Notes under the pieces: generated by a model
What the model saw: only the letters and a program-made list of their open reading frames with translations
Told to the model about the DNA's origin: nothing
Database searches by the model: none
Part shown: positions 1 through 12,089 of the stretch, piece by piece
Position numbering within the stretch: the stretch's first letter is position 1
Layout: each line of letters opens with the position of its first letter
Program-made: the position numbers and the translations under genes
Origin: Scenedesmus sp. PABB004
Taxonomy: Eukaryota
Direction of reading: 5' to 3'
Assembly (NCBI GenBank): GCA_014905635.1
Contig: JABVCE010000013.1
Location: 372,001-436,000 of the forward strand
Length of the DNA stretch: 64,000 bases

Positions 1-774
1 ACGACGAGGCGCGGCTGTCGGCGCTGCAGGCGTACGCGGCCGAGCTGGGCCTGGGCGGCGCGGTGGAGTGGCACGTCAACGTGCCCTACGCCGCGCTGCG
101 GTCGCTGCTCGGCGGCGCGGTCGGGGGGCTGCACACGATGCTGGACGAGCACTTTGGTATCAGCGTGGTAGAGTACATGGCCGCGGGTGCGTGCCGGCGT
201 GGGCTTGGTTAGGGTTGAGGCCGGTGTGACGGGCGTGCGGGCGCCCAGGGCGCCGCCCAGCGCGCCGCCCAGCGCGCCCGCGGCCCATGTGCCGCCGCCG
301 CGCCGCCGCGCCGCCCAGGCGTCATCCCGATCGCGCACAACTCTGGCGGCCCGCGCGCGGACATCGTGGTCGCGGCGGAGGCCGGCCCCGACGGCGGCGC
401 CGCGCAGCGCACGGGCTTCCTCGCCGAGACGCGGGAGGAGTACGCCGACGCCATCCGCACGGTGCGTGTCGGGGAGGGGGCTTGGCGGCAGGGGGCACGC
501 GGGGCGAGCGGGGGCGGGCGCCGCGGCACCGTCGCGGCGGCGTCGCCGCGCCCCGCCGCGCGCGCGGGGGGCCCCGTGCCTCACGCCTCACGCCCCGCCG
601 CGCGCCCCGCCCTCGGCCCGCCAGGTGCTGGAGATGGACCAGCGCGACCGGCTGCGGATCGCGGCCGCGGCGCAGCGCCGCGCGGCGACGCTCTTCTCGA
701 CCGAGCGCTTCACCGCGGCGTTCCTGGAGAGCGTCGCGCCCGTGCTGCCACGCCCTCGCGCCGGCGGGCCGTGA
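1..774 (+). CDS. ALG11: GDP-Man alpha-1,2-mannosyltransferase ALG11, 3' part (last 3 exons, 5' truncated)
   Basis: Spliced peptide ..[61 protein letters not shown] carries the GT4/ALG11 EHFGIxVVExMAAG and HxSGGP motifs. Confidence 0.9.
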
Positions 775-1509
775 GGCGAGCCGGGGGTGCCCAGCTGCAG
801 CGGCAGCTGGACGACCGCCGCGACGCGGGGCGGCGGCGTGCAACCGCTGCAACCGCACGCGTCTGGCCGCGCCGCCGCGCGCTCTCTGGGCGCTCTCGCC
901 GCGCGCAGCGGCGCGCTGTGCCGCCCCGACGTCAGGCTCGCCCCGGCCAGGCCGCTGTACAGCGATCGCAGCCCTGCTGGCCCGCGCGACGCGCGCATCC
1001 ATCGCGCGACTGCCACGGCGGCGTGCGCGGCGCGCCAGCAGCTCCGCCGCTCCGCCTGCGAGATAGACGAATTGAAGGCATTCCGATTGTCCACCTCCCG
1101 CGGGATCAGGAGGCCGCCCCGCAAAGTGCCAGCTCTTGTTGCCCGCCCGACTGCTCAACCGCTTCTCCCTGCTCGCCTGATAAGCGCCCAGCTCCACCGC
1201 TCCTCCCGCACTCTCACGCCTGACGCCCTCGCACTCCCAGCACCTCAGGAGCTCCGCAGCCACCGTGAGTGCCGGCGCAAGGCGGGCGCCGTGCTGCAGG
1301 CCGGCGCCTGCGCGAGCGCGACCCCATCGCCCGCGCCAGGCAGCTCAGACGGCAGTGGCACAGCGACTTTGACAGATCGCGCCGCGCCGCGGCCGCTGCG
1401 CGCGCGTCTCGGGTCCGGGGCGCACCGTCAGCCTGAGCACGCGCGCGCCGTCGCCCGCCCCGACGCGCAGGCCCCTCCCGACCTGCTGCGAGTCGCAAGC
1501 TCAGGCACC

Positions 1510-3110
1510 ATGAAGGCCGCCGTGTTCGCCATCCTGCTCCTGGCCGGCTGCGCCAATGGTGAGCCCGGGCGCGCGCGGCTGGCTGTGCATGACGCGCCGC
1601 CAGCTCCGCGCGCCGGCAGCACGGCAGCACGGCAGCGGCGCCAGACTCATCCAGGACGCGTAGAATGCTGCCAGCGACAGCCGGAGTCCAACTGCCGCCC
1701 CCGCGGGGCGGCGAGCATGAGGTCGTGACCGCGAAATCGCGGGCCGGCGCCAACGGCCATCCCCGGCGCGGCGCGCGGTGCCCAGCGCGCAGGCCAGCTC
1801 GCAGGATGCGTCTGGCACAGCCACGCCGCGCGCGGGAGGCGCCAACTGCCGCCGCCAACAGCCGGCATTGACCTCTCCGCTGCGCCCTCCTGCCACCCCC
1901 GCCTCCCGCGCAGCCAACAAGGGCCTGAGCATCTCCATCAGCCACGACGCCGCGGCGCCCGCCGCCGGCAACCCGTCGGCGCCGCCCGCGGCCGACAGCC
2001 CGAGCCACGTTGACCAGATCAACGCCGCGATCGCCGCCAAGACCGCCGCCGCCAACCAGGCCATCGCCCAGGGCACCGCCGCCGTCAACGGCGTGATCTC
2101 CCAGAAGGTCGACGCCGCCAACTCGGCGCTGTCCCAGGTGCGCGCTCCGCGCGCGCCGTGCCGCGCCCACCGCTGGCCCGCGCTGGCCCTGCCCCTCCGG
2201 CGTGCTGCGTGCCGAGCTCACGCCCCGCGCCGTGCCGCCCGTCGCGCAGGCGACCACCGCCGCCAACGCCGCGCTCAAGGCCAAGACCGATGCCCTGAAC
2301 CAGGCGCTGGAGCAGGCCAACGCGCAGAAGGCCGCCGTGCAGAAGGCGCTCACCGACGCCATGGCCAGCAAGACCGCCGCCGCCGCGCCCGCCGCGTCCA
2401 CCGATGATGGCAAGAGCTTCTCCCTCTCCACCGGCAAGGGCTCCATCTCGGTGTCCGTGAGCAAGACCGACGCCGCGCCCGTGGCCGCCAACCCGTCCGC
2501 GCCCCCCGCGGTGAGGCCGGTGCCGCGCCCGCGCCGCGCCGGCGGCCCGCCCAGCCCCGCCGCCGCGCGCCACGGCGCCGCGCGCGTCGCTTGGCCGCGC
2601 TTCTGACTCTCCGCCGCCCGCCTCTCCCCGCCGCAGGCCGCCGACAGCCCGAGCCACGTTGACCAGATCAACGCCGCGATCGCCGCCAAGACCGCCGCCG
2701 CCAACCAGGCCATCGCCCAGGGCACCGCCGCCGTCAACGGCGTGATCTCCCAGAAGGTCGACGCCGCCAACTCGGCGCTGTCCCAGGTGCGCGCGCGCCG
2801 CGCCCACCGCCGGCCCACCGCTGGCCCACGCCGCGCCCTGGCCCTCATGGCCTCGCCGGCGCCCGAGCTCACGCCCCGCTCCGTGCCGCCCGCCGCGCAG
2901 GCGACCACCGCCGCCAACGCCGCGCTCAAGGCCAAGACCGACGCCCTCAACCAGGCGCTGGAGCAGGCCAACGCGCAGAAGGCCGCCGTGCAGAAGGCGC
3001 TCACCGACGCCATGGCCTCCAACAAGACCGATGCCGCGCCCTCCACCGGCAAGGGCAGCATCTCCATCGACATCAGCAAGTCTGTGGGCAAGGGCCGCAA
3101 GATGCTGTGA
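1510..3110 (+). CDS. Secreted Ala/Gln/Asn-rich protein with internal tandem duplication, function unknown
   Basis: Signal-peptide exon MKAAVFAILLLAGCAN (1510-1558), then exons ~1914-2137, 2250-2510, 2637-2786 and 2901-3110. Strong C/G-ending codon bias. Ends ..SVGKGRKML*. Confidence 0.8.
1989..3017 (+). repeat. Intragenic tandem duplication (~1989-2367 and ~2637-3017) covering two exons and an intron
   Basis: ADSPSHVDQINAAIAAKT..ALSQ|ATTAANAALK..ALTDAMAS occurs twice with nearly identical exon DNA and related but diverged introns. Confidence 0.95.
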
Positions 3111-3806
3111 AGCGTCGCGCGGGGCCTCCTTCCCTTCACCACAGATAGGCTGCACCGTTGAGAACTGATTTTTTTGACCGTCGGGGCTGACCACACGGGC
3201 GGCGCGTGGGCGGGTGGTATGCGCGCGGGCTGCGGCGTGGCCAGGGCGCCGCTGATGGCGCCCGCGCCTGCGGCAGGCCGCGCGGCAGCATTGCCGCCGG
3301 CCTGCAGCCTGGCCTGTGTGCGCGCGCTGCGTGGCGCGCGCGCACAGCGCGGCTGGCCGCAGCTCGTCCCACCCACCCCTCTGGTGGTCACTGGCTCCCT
3401 GAGTGTTCACTGCCCTGGCCGGCGCAACATGTCACTGGCTCGTCTGAAAAGGTGTTGACGAGGCAGCCATGTCACAGCGGACGTCGCCGGGCGGCTGTGT
3501 GTGCTCGGCAGGCACAGCCGACATTGCTTGATGACCATGTACATCAAACACACACCTCATCGGGCGCGCGCAGCCCGCGTTGGCCGGTGCTGACGGGCGT
3601 GCTGACGGGCGTGCGAGCGGGTAAGTGAGGTTACGTACCCACACAACGAACAACTCCCCTCGCTCGCCCAGCCCTTCCAGCCCGCCGCGGCCAGGCAGGC
3701 GCGCCCGCCTGGTGGTCAGCCCTGCTGCTGCGGCTGCGTCTGCAGGTACCGCTCCACGCCGTCGGCAAAGCGGTTCTCCCTGCGCGGAAACCGCGGCGGC
3801 GGCGGC

Positions 3807-4662
3807 TCAGCGGGGCTTGCGGCGCTGCTCCAGCACCGCGCCGCAGCCCGGCGCGCGCGCGCACTTGAGCGCGCTGCCGTGCTGGAAGCTCCGGATCGCC
3901 GCCATCATGGCCTCCGAGGTGACCAGGTCCCCCACCGCGCCGATCGACAGCACCGAGCACAGCGCGCGCAGCCGGTCAACGTACGTCAAGCCGCCGCGCT
4001 TCGGGTGCTGTGGCAGCTCCGCCTGCTGCTGGTGCTGCTGCTGCTGGTGCTGCTGCTGCTGGTGGGGCTGCTCTGGCTGCGGCCGCTGCCCGCCACGGGG
4101 CTGGTCGTGCTGGTCGTGGCGGTCGTGGTGGCGGTGCGGCGGCTGGTGCTGCGCCGGCATGTGCTGCTGCGGCTGCTGCGCCGGGTACAGGGCCGGCGGC
4201 GCCTGCTGGCCCTGGCGGTGCGCCGGCTGCGCCGCCTCACCGCCGCCGCCCTGGTAGCGCCACTCCGGGTCCCTGCGGGCGGGCAAGCCGTGGGCGGCTG
4301 CGCCCCCGCCGCGCCGCCGCGTCCGGCCGCAGCGCCGCACCGCGCACGCACGCGTGCAAAAACTTGCAGCTGCTGCCGTAGCTGCAGCGGCCGGTCGCCG
4401 CGTAGTGCGTGCAGACCTTGCCGCGCTGCTCGCGCGGCGCCTCGCGCACGGCCGCCGGCGGCGGCCCGCCGTCGTGGGAGAACTTGCACGTCGAGCCGTA
4501 GCGGCAGCGCCCCGACGCCGAGCTGCGGCGGGGCGGCGGCCGGTCTGGCGGGCGCGGCTCGCGCGCAGCGGCGCGCGACGGCGGGCAGCGGCGCTGTCGC
4601 CGGCGCCCGCGCGCTCACAACTCGTGGCAGGGCCGCCGGTCGCCGCCGTAGCCGCCGTACAT
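3807..4662 (-). CDS. Two-CCCH zinc-finger protein with Q/H-rich tail
   Basis: MYGGYGGDRRPCHEF|SASGRCRYGSTCKFSH..KVCTHYAATGRCSYGSSCKFLHA|..: two C-x7-C-x5-C-x3-H fingers. Confidence 0.8.
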
Positions 4663-4977
4663 GGCTGCTGCGGACAGGGCGCGGCAGGCGGGCCGCTGCT
4701 ACTCCGCAAAGCGGCGGCGGCAGCTCGCGCGCGGCGCTGGACGGCGGCGGCGGCGTCGTGGGCGTGCAGCGAGCGGGCGCGCTGCTGGAGCGTGGGCGTG
4801 GAGCGAGTGATCGACTTGGGGGCGAGCCGCGACTGACACGCCAAGGACGCGCGCGCAGAGACCGCGGCCCATCACACGCCCTGCTCCGCGCCTGTAGGGG
4901 TGCCTGATCGCCCCCACGCCGCGTCCAGAGCTTGCCCGTCACGCCAACGTCACAGGGCGGGGCGGTACCTCGCAGCC

Positions 4978-7595
4978 ATGCACGCCCGCGCCACACGCGC
5001 TCCTCGACCACCTGCTGCTGCGCCGCGAGCTCCGACGACGACGCGGCGCGGCGTCCCGGCGAGGGCAGGCATGCTGGAGGGGCTGAAGAGCATGATGAAG
5101 GTGCGGCGCTGACGCGCGGGCGGCGGCACGGCGGCGGCGCGGCAGCAGCAGCGCCAGCCACTCGCGGTCGGACTGCTGCCGGGTGCGAGGGCTGCAGGCC
5201 AGGCTGCAGCCGCGCCCTCAACTGTCCGTGCCCCTCGGCTCCGCTGCCGTGCCGTCGGCGGCAGCAGCAGCACCAGCGCGCCGCCCTCCGCCCGCTGCCG
5301 CCGCGCGCGCCAGGGCGGCGCCAAGGCGGCGCCCGCCCTGAGCTTCAGCGACACCGCCCCCAGCTGGGACGCGCTGGCCGACATGGTCAAGGTGCGGCAC
5401 GGCGCAGCGCGGCCGAGGCCTGCGGGGCGTGCGCTCGCCGACGCGGCGCGTCGCCGCCCGCAGGCCCAGCAGCTCGAGTTTGGCGTCAGCTTCACCGCGC
5501 CCGACCTCGAGGCGGGGCCGACGAGCCCGCTTTCGCTCAAGCGCACGTTTGGGTCGAGCGAGCCCATCCGCGTGAAGCTCTACCGTGACCACGCGGCGTG
5601 GTGCCCGTACTGCCAGAAGGTCTGGCTGCAGCTCGAGGAGAAGCGCATCCCCTACACCATCGAAAAGGTGGCCGCCGCCGCCGCCACTTGGCCGCCGCCA
5701 GCCCCGCAGACCGCGCCGCCCGACGCGGGCGCGCTGCGCCCAGCGGCCCGCCGGCTCGCCCGTGCCTCGCCCGCCGAGGCCCCGCCGCCGCCGCCGCCGC
5801 CGCCGCCGCGCCGCCGCCGCCGCCGCCGCCGCCAGATCAACATGCGCTGCTACGGCGACAAGCCGCCCTCGTTCCTCGCCAAGGTGCGCCGCCCGCCGCG
5901 CGCGCCGGCGAGGGGGGCCGCCTCCCAGCGCGCGGCGGGCGCTCCGCGCGGCGCGCGGCCAACCAGCGCGCGCCGCCGCGCCGGCAGGTGCCGTCGGGCC
6001 TGCTGCCGGTGCTGGAGCTGGACGGACGCGTGGTGACCGAGTCGGCCGTGATCATGCAGCTGCTGGAGGACTCCTTCCCGGAGCACAAGCGCCTGATGCC
6101 GCAGCCCAACAGCCCGCAGCGCCCCCGCGCCGACGCGCTGATGCGCCTCGAGCGCCGCTTCTTCAGCGACTGGCTCAACTGGCTCTGCAGGCGCGGCGGC
6201 GGCGGTGTGGCGCGGCGCGGTGCGGCAACGGCGGCGGAGGCAGCGGGGCGGGCCTGACGCCGCCGCCGCCGCCGCCGCCGCAGCGGCTGGAACCAGGCGC
6301 AGGCGCAGGTGCAGCTGGAGCGGACGCTCGGCGCGATCTGCACGGAGCTACAGGCCGACGGGGTGGGGCCGCGCGGCGCGCGCCGCAGGGCCCGAGCCGC
6401 CCGCACAGCTTCCTGCGCGGCGGCCCGCGCGGCTGCCCGCTCCGGCCCGCGCGCCGACCGCCCCCCGCCGCCGCCGCGCCACCAGGGCCCCTTTTTCCTG
6501 GGCCGCGACATCAGCCTGGTGGACATCACCTTTGCGCCCATGCTCGAGCGCGCCGCCGCGAGCCTCTGCTACTACAAGGCGCGCGCCGCGCGCGCCGCCC
6601 GCGGCCCGCGCCCCACGGCCCGCGCCCACGGCCCGCAGCCCGCGGCCCGTGGCCGCTTGCGACTGCCGCTCATGTTCTGCCTCTCGGCGCGCGGCCGCTG
6701 CTGCGCAGGGGTACGTGATGCGCGGCAGCGGCAAGTGGCCCGCGCTGGAGGCGTGGTTTGACGCGATGGAGGCGCGGTCGACCTACCTCGGCACCAAGAG
6801 CGACCACTACACCCACGTGAGCCCGCGCGCCGCGCCGCGCCGCACGCCGCGCCCGCTGCGGGCACGCCGCGCGCGCGCCGCGCCGCCCGGCAGCTGCCGA
6901 CTGGTCCCCGCTGCCGCCGCCGCCGCCGCAGTGCCACGACCTGCCGCCGCAGCTCGGCGGCTGCCACATGACGCCCGCGGGCGAGGCCTTTGCCGCGGCG
7001 ATCGACGGCCAGGACGCGGGCAGCTGGCGCCTGCCGCTCGCGCCGCTCAGCGCGACGTCGACGCCCGAGGCGTACTCGCCCGGCGAGAACCCGCCGGTCG
7101 ACCGCCTGGCCGCGGCGGCGCGCCTGGTGGCCAACCACGACGCGGTCTCGCGCTTCGCGCTCCGCGGCGCGGGGCAGCCGGGGCCGCGCCCCGTGTCGGC
7201 GCCGCTCGCCGACCCGAGCGGCGTCGCCGCGCTGCAGCACGAGCGCGCGATGGACGCGGCGCTGCGGCACGTCGCACACGCGCTGCTGGTCGGCGTGGAG
7301 GCGAAGCAGGTGCAGGAGCACGCGCTGCAGGTGCGGCGCGGCGGCGCGGCAAGCGCGCCGCGCGCACGCCGCGCGCTGCCGCCCGCGGCGCCGCGCCGAG
7401 CGCCGCCGCCGCCGCCGCGGCCGGCAGGTCAAGGAGGCGGGCGAGTTTGCGGGCGGCGCGGTCGTGGCGAGCGCCGAGTACCTGCGCGACAGGGTGGGCG
7501 TGCCGCGCGACCTGCGCCTGCCGGCGGCGCGCCAGCTGCGCGCGCACCTCAACTGGCTCATCGACACGCTCGCCGGCGGCTCGCCGCCAAGCTGA
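4978..7595 (+). CDS. Glutathione S-transferase family protein (CPYC active site), probably plastid-targeted
   Basis: [41 protein letters not shown]..|[21 protein letters not shown]-terminal [19 protein letters not shown]; Arg/Ala-rich transit-like N-terminus. Confidence 0.85.
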
Positions 7596-8183
7596 GGGCG
7601 ACACACGGCGTTGGGTCGGGGCGGGTGAGCCGGCGGCGCGTGGCGTGCGCAGGAGCGGCGACCGAGCGAGCGCGGCGGCGACCGAGCGAGGGCAGGGCGG
7701 GGCGCCGCGGGGTTGAGAGCAAGGCCATGCTTGGTTATGGCGAGCGCAACGCGTTCGCTGTCGCTGCGCCTGCCACGTTTGCGCGCTCACGCGTCTGGCG
7801 GCGCAACCGCTGCCGCATCGCCGCCGCTGCTGCTGCGCCCCTGGCCTGCAAGACAGCCGGAGGCTTTCGAAGCATTCCTCTACGCCAGTTCAGGCAGCTC
7901 GCCGCGGCAAGCGGCCCCCCAGCTCAGGCGCACGCTCCGCCGCTGCTGCCGGCACACCGCGCGACCGGCCAGCGCCAGCCCCGCCGCCGTCCCGGCCGCC
8001 GCCAGCCAGCGGCAGCCCCGCCGCCCTCCCGGCCGCCGCCAGCCAGCGGCAGCCCCGCCGCACAGCCAGCCGCCGCCAGCGAGCGGCAGGCTCGCAGTCG
8101 GCCGGCGGCAGCGGCGCATGCCGCCGCGGTCGACGTTTGAGATCGGCGGCGCGTCGCGAGGGACTGGCCAGCGCGGCAGCAGC

Positions 8184-9514
8184 ATGAAGTCCGGCGGCGG
8201 CGTGCTGGTCATCTCCGCGTCGCAGCTGCTCGTCGGCCTGTGTCTGCTCGGTCTGTACGAGGGCTACAAGAAGTGAGCGGCGCGCGCGCCCGCGCAGCGC
8301 GCCGCCGCGCCCTGCGCTGCCGCCCGGCCTCGTGCCAACCACCCGCCGCCGCCGCCGCCGCCGCCGCCGCTGTGTGGTCCGCGGCAGGTACTACTTCAAC
8401 TCGTGAGAGGGCGCGCGAGGGCGCGCGGCGCGCGCGTGGCGCAGCGCGCCACGCCGCTGACCGCCGCGCACGCGCCCACGCCCGGTCGCCCTCTCACGCC
8501 CTCTCTCGCCCTCTCTCGTTCTCTCTCTCGCTCTCTCTCGTCTCACTCTCTCTCGCCCTCTCTCTGGGGCAGCTACATCGCGGAGCTCGATGCGCACGAG
8601 AAGGCGGCGCCCGGCGACGCGGCGGGCGTGGACCTGCGCGTGTCGGCGATGGAGAACCCCATGGACTGGCGCAGCCCCATGGTGCGCCGCCGCCGCGCCA
8701 CCCGCCCGCCCGGCCCACTCGCACACACCAGGCGCTCGCCTGATGGACGCCACCCCTGGCGTCACGCCCCGCCGCTCTCCCGCCTCGCCCCCCGCCCTGA
8801 TGAGCAGGGCTTCACCTACTACCTCGCCATGCTCATAAATATCTTCTCCATCTGCGGCCTCGCCGGCGTGCTCAACGCGCAGCGCGAGCTCGTGCGCGCG
8901 CGCCGCGCGCCGGCGCGCCGCCGGCCCGGGCCGCGTTGCGCGCCACCTTGCTCTCGCCCGCCCGCACGCCCTGACCTGCCCCTCCGCTGTGCACCGCCCC
9001 GCGCGCCGCCTCGCTCTCGCCCGCCAGGTCATCGCGTTCTTCAGCTTCAATGCAGTGCAGTCTGTCGTGAGCTTCCACACCGTCGTCGACATGCTCGTAG
9101 ACGCGGGTGCGCCCCCGCGCCCGCGCTCGCGGCGGGCGGGTGCGGCCGCGCGCCTCCCCGCTCCACGCGCGTCCGCGCCCCGCCCCGACCCCCGCCGCCG
9201 CGGCGGCCGCCGCGCGCGCGGCGCAGGCATCAACTACCGCGGCGAGCCGCCGCAGCTCAGCGGCTACGAGAAGGCCGCCGCCGCGTTCCTGATCATGAAC
9301 TTCGGCCTCGCCGTCGCGGCGACCGTGTTTGCGATGAAGGCCGTCGACGAGGCGCGGCGGCGCGGCGCCCGGCACCCGGGCGCGCGCCGGCGGCGCGCGG
9401 CCCGCACGAACGCGCGCCTCGCTTCGCGCGCAGATCCGCCTGAAGCAGCGAGAGGACTACAGCCGGCTCACCGTGCTGAGCGACACGCTGGCGTTTGAGG
9501 CCGACCACGCGTGA
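8184..9514 (+). CDS. Small ~4-TM membrane protein of unknown function, includes a 15-nt microexon
   Basis: MKSGGGVLVISASQLLVGLCLLGLYEGYK|KYYFN|SYIAE..|GFTYYLAMLINIFSICGLAGVL..|VIAFFSFNAVQ..|..AAFLIMNFGLAVAATVFAM..|IRLKQRE..ADHA*; splice phases are consistent. Confidence 0.7.
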
Positions 9515-9977
9515 CGCCGGCGCGAGCGCGCTGCGCGCGAGGTGCGGTCGGGCGCCGCCCGGCGCGGCGGCAGGCGGCGGCGAGCTCTCGGCGGTGACCG
9601 CGAGTCCGTGGAGAGCGGTCCCGGGCGGCGCGCGTGGCTGCTGTCGGCCGGACGTCGCGCGGCACAACAGATGATGCCGCACCCGCCTGTTCAGCATCCC
9701 CGCAGCCCCGCGCGCTGTCTCCGCGGCCGCGTTCGCAGTTGGCCATCTCACAGGTCCCAGACGCGTGCTGCCCCAGCCCCCGCCAGCCCGCGCACGACGC
9801 TCGGCAGCAGGCCGCGGCCGCCAGGCTGCTCGCAGCGCTCCGCCACGCGCCGCACGCCCCCGCCGTGCCGGCACAGCACGGCCAGACGCCACCGCCAGCC
9901 GTAGCGGTCGCCAGCCGCCGCCCAGGAGCAGGCCCCAGGCGTCGCCGCCCCGCCGACAGCCCGCCGCCGCCGCCGCG

Positions 9978-10744
9978 ATGCCGAAGAGCAAACGCAACAA
10001 AGTCGGTGCGTGGCGGCCGCCCTGCAGAAGCCACCGCGACAGCACCACCCTCGCATTGAAGGCCGCGCCGCTGCAGCTGTCGCCGCGGCGGCGCCGCCGC
10101 TGCTGCCGCCGGCCCACCGCGGCTCGCTGCTCCGGCGCCTGCGCCGCCCCGCACGCGCGCCGTGCGCAGTGAACCTGACCAAGGCCAAGAAGAAGGACCG
10201 CGCCTGGAAGGAGGGGCTCATCGCCCAAGTCCGCAGCGCGGCGGAGGAGTGAGCCGCCGCCGCCGCCGCCGCCGCCGCCGCGCGGCCACCGAGGGCGCCC
10301 CACCGCGCCTCACCGCGTCGGTCGCCTCCGCCTCGCCGCGCTGCGTCGCCCCCGCCGCCGCGCCAGGTACCCCTCTGTCTGCCTGTTCCGCTACCACAAC
10401 ATGCGCAACGAGCTGTTCAAGGAGCTGCGGGAGACGCTCAAGGGCTCGGGCAGGTGCGGCGGCGCCGCCGCCGCCGCGGCCACGCCGCGCCCGGCCGCAG
10501 CGCAGCAGCGCGCGCAGCGGCGGCGGCAGCGCCGGCCGGCCGTAGCGGCGGCGCGAGGCTGACGCTCGCGTGCGCGCGGCTCTGGCGGCGCCAGGTTTGT
10601 GATGGGCAGCAACAAGGTGCTGCAGGTCGCGCTCGGCAAGACGCCCGCCGACGAGCTGCGCACCAACCTGAGCCTGCTGAGCGCGAAGCTGCAGGGCCAG
10701 GTCGGCCTGCTCTTCACCAGCAGCGACAAGGACGAGGTGCGCGA

Positions 10745-10779
<35 letters not shown>

Positions 10780-11078
10780 TGTGGCGGCGGCGGCGCGCGC
10801 CCGCGCCTGGCAGCCGTCGCGTGCCGTCACGGCGCCGCGCGCGCCCGCGCTCGCCGCCGCCGCGCAGGTGCTGCGCATGCTCGGCGAGGTGCACGAGGCG
10901 GACTTTGCGCGCGCCGGCAGCACCGCGTCGCAGGAGTTCAAGCTGAGCGCGGGGCCGCTGTCCAACCACGTCGGCCCGCTGCCGCACACGCTGGAGCCGC
11001 AGCTGCGCAAGCATGGCCTGCCCACCAAGCTCAACAAGGGCGTGGTGGAGCTGCTGGCGGACCACGTGGTGCGAACCA

Positions 11079-11122
<44 letters not shown>

Positions 11123-11524
11123 CCGCAGCGCGCCCGCGCCGACGCGCCCGTGCCGACCGCCGTGCGCGCCGCCGCGCCGCGCAGGTGTGCCGCGCAGGGC
11201 AGACGCTGGACCCCAACCAGGCGGCGCTGCTGCGGGTGTTCAACGTAAAGATGGCCACCTTCCGCCTCACGCCGCTCGCGTGGTGGAGCAGCGACGGTGC
11301 GGCCGCGCGCGCGCGGGCGCCGCCGGGCGGCCGCGCGGGCGGCCCGCGCCCCGCGACCGGCCCCGGCGGCGCCTCATATGCCCGCCTGCGCGCGCTCGCG
11401 CGCGCCGCCAGGCGACGTGTTTGAGGAGCTCGCGTCTTACGACGGCGACCCGGAGGCGGACGGCGACGGCGGGGACGGCGAGGACGAGGACGAGGGCATG
11501 GAGGCCGGCGGGGATGACGAGTAG
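9978..11524 (+). CDS. MRT4: Ribosome assembly factor Mrt4 (mRNA turnover protein 4, uL10 paralogue)
   Basis: MPKSKRNKV|VNLTKAKKK..NMRNELFKELRE..GSNKVLQVALG..GQVGLLFT..DFARAG..HTLEPQLRKHGLPTKLNKGVVEL..; acidic C-terminal tail. Confidence 0.95.
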
Positions 11525-12089
11525 AGCAGGCACAGCCCGCCGCGCCCTAGGGCCCCGGCCGCAGCCGGTGAGCGCCGCGGCGGCGGCGGGCGCTGCTGGC
11601 GGGCGCTGCTGGCGGGCGCGCGCGCGCGCAGCGGGGCGGGGCGCGCGAGCGTCAGACACTGCCGCCCGGCCAGGGCGGGCGGCCGCCGGCGCGCCGCGCA
11701 CCGCCGCGGCGCGCCGCGCGGCGGCCCGCCCGCCCCGGGCGCGGCGCGCGAGCCCCGCCGCGGCCGGGGGCGCGGCGTGAGCTCACGGCGGCGCAGAGCG
11801 AGCCCTTGCTGCGCATGGTGTGCCGGCTGAGACGTGCCGCGCCACACAAAGGCCAGCATGACACTGCCAGTGCGTGCCGCCCGCCCCGCAGGGCTCGAGC
11901 GCGTCGTGCGGCGCAGGGCTCAAGCGCGTCGTCGGAGGGCGAGGTGTCGGCGCGCGGCGGCGTGCGCGAGTAATCTGCTGCTGCCGCGCCCGCGCCCCGT
12001 CCAGCAGCTCCGCCACAGCCAGCGGGTGCTTCGCGCACGCGCGCAGCAGCAGCGGCGGCAGCCGCAGCGCGCCGCTGTCTCTGGCGGCT

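Noticed and set aside
3587..3614. 12-bp tandem repeat gtgctgacgggc
   Set aside because: Isolated short slippage duplication between convergent genes, with no evidence of function.
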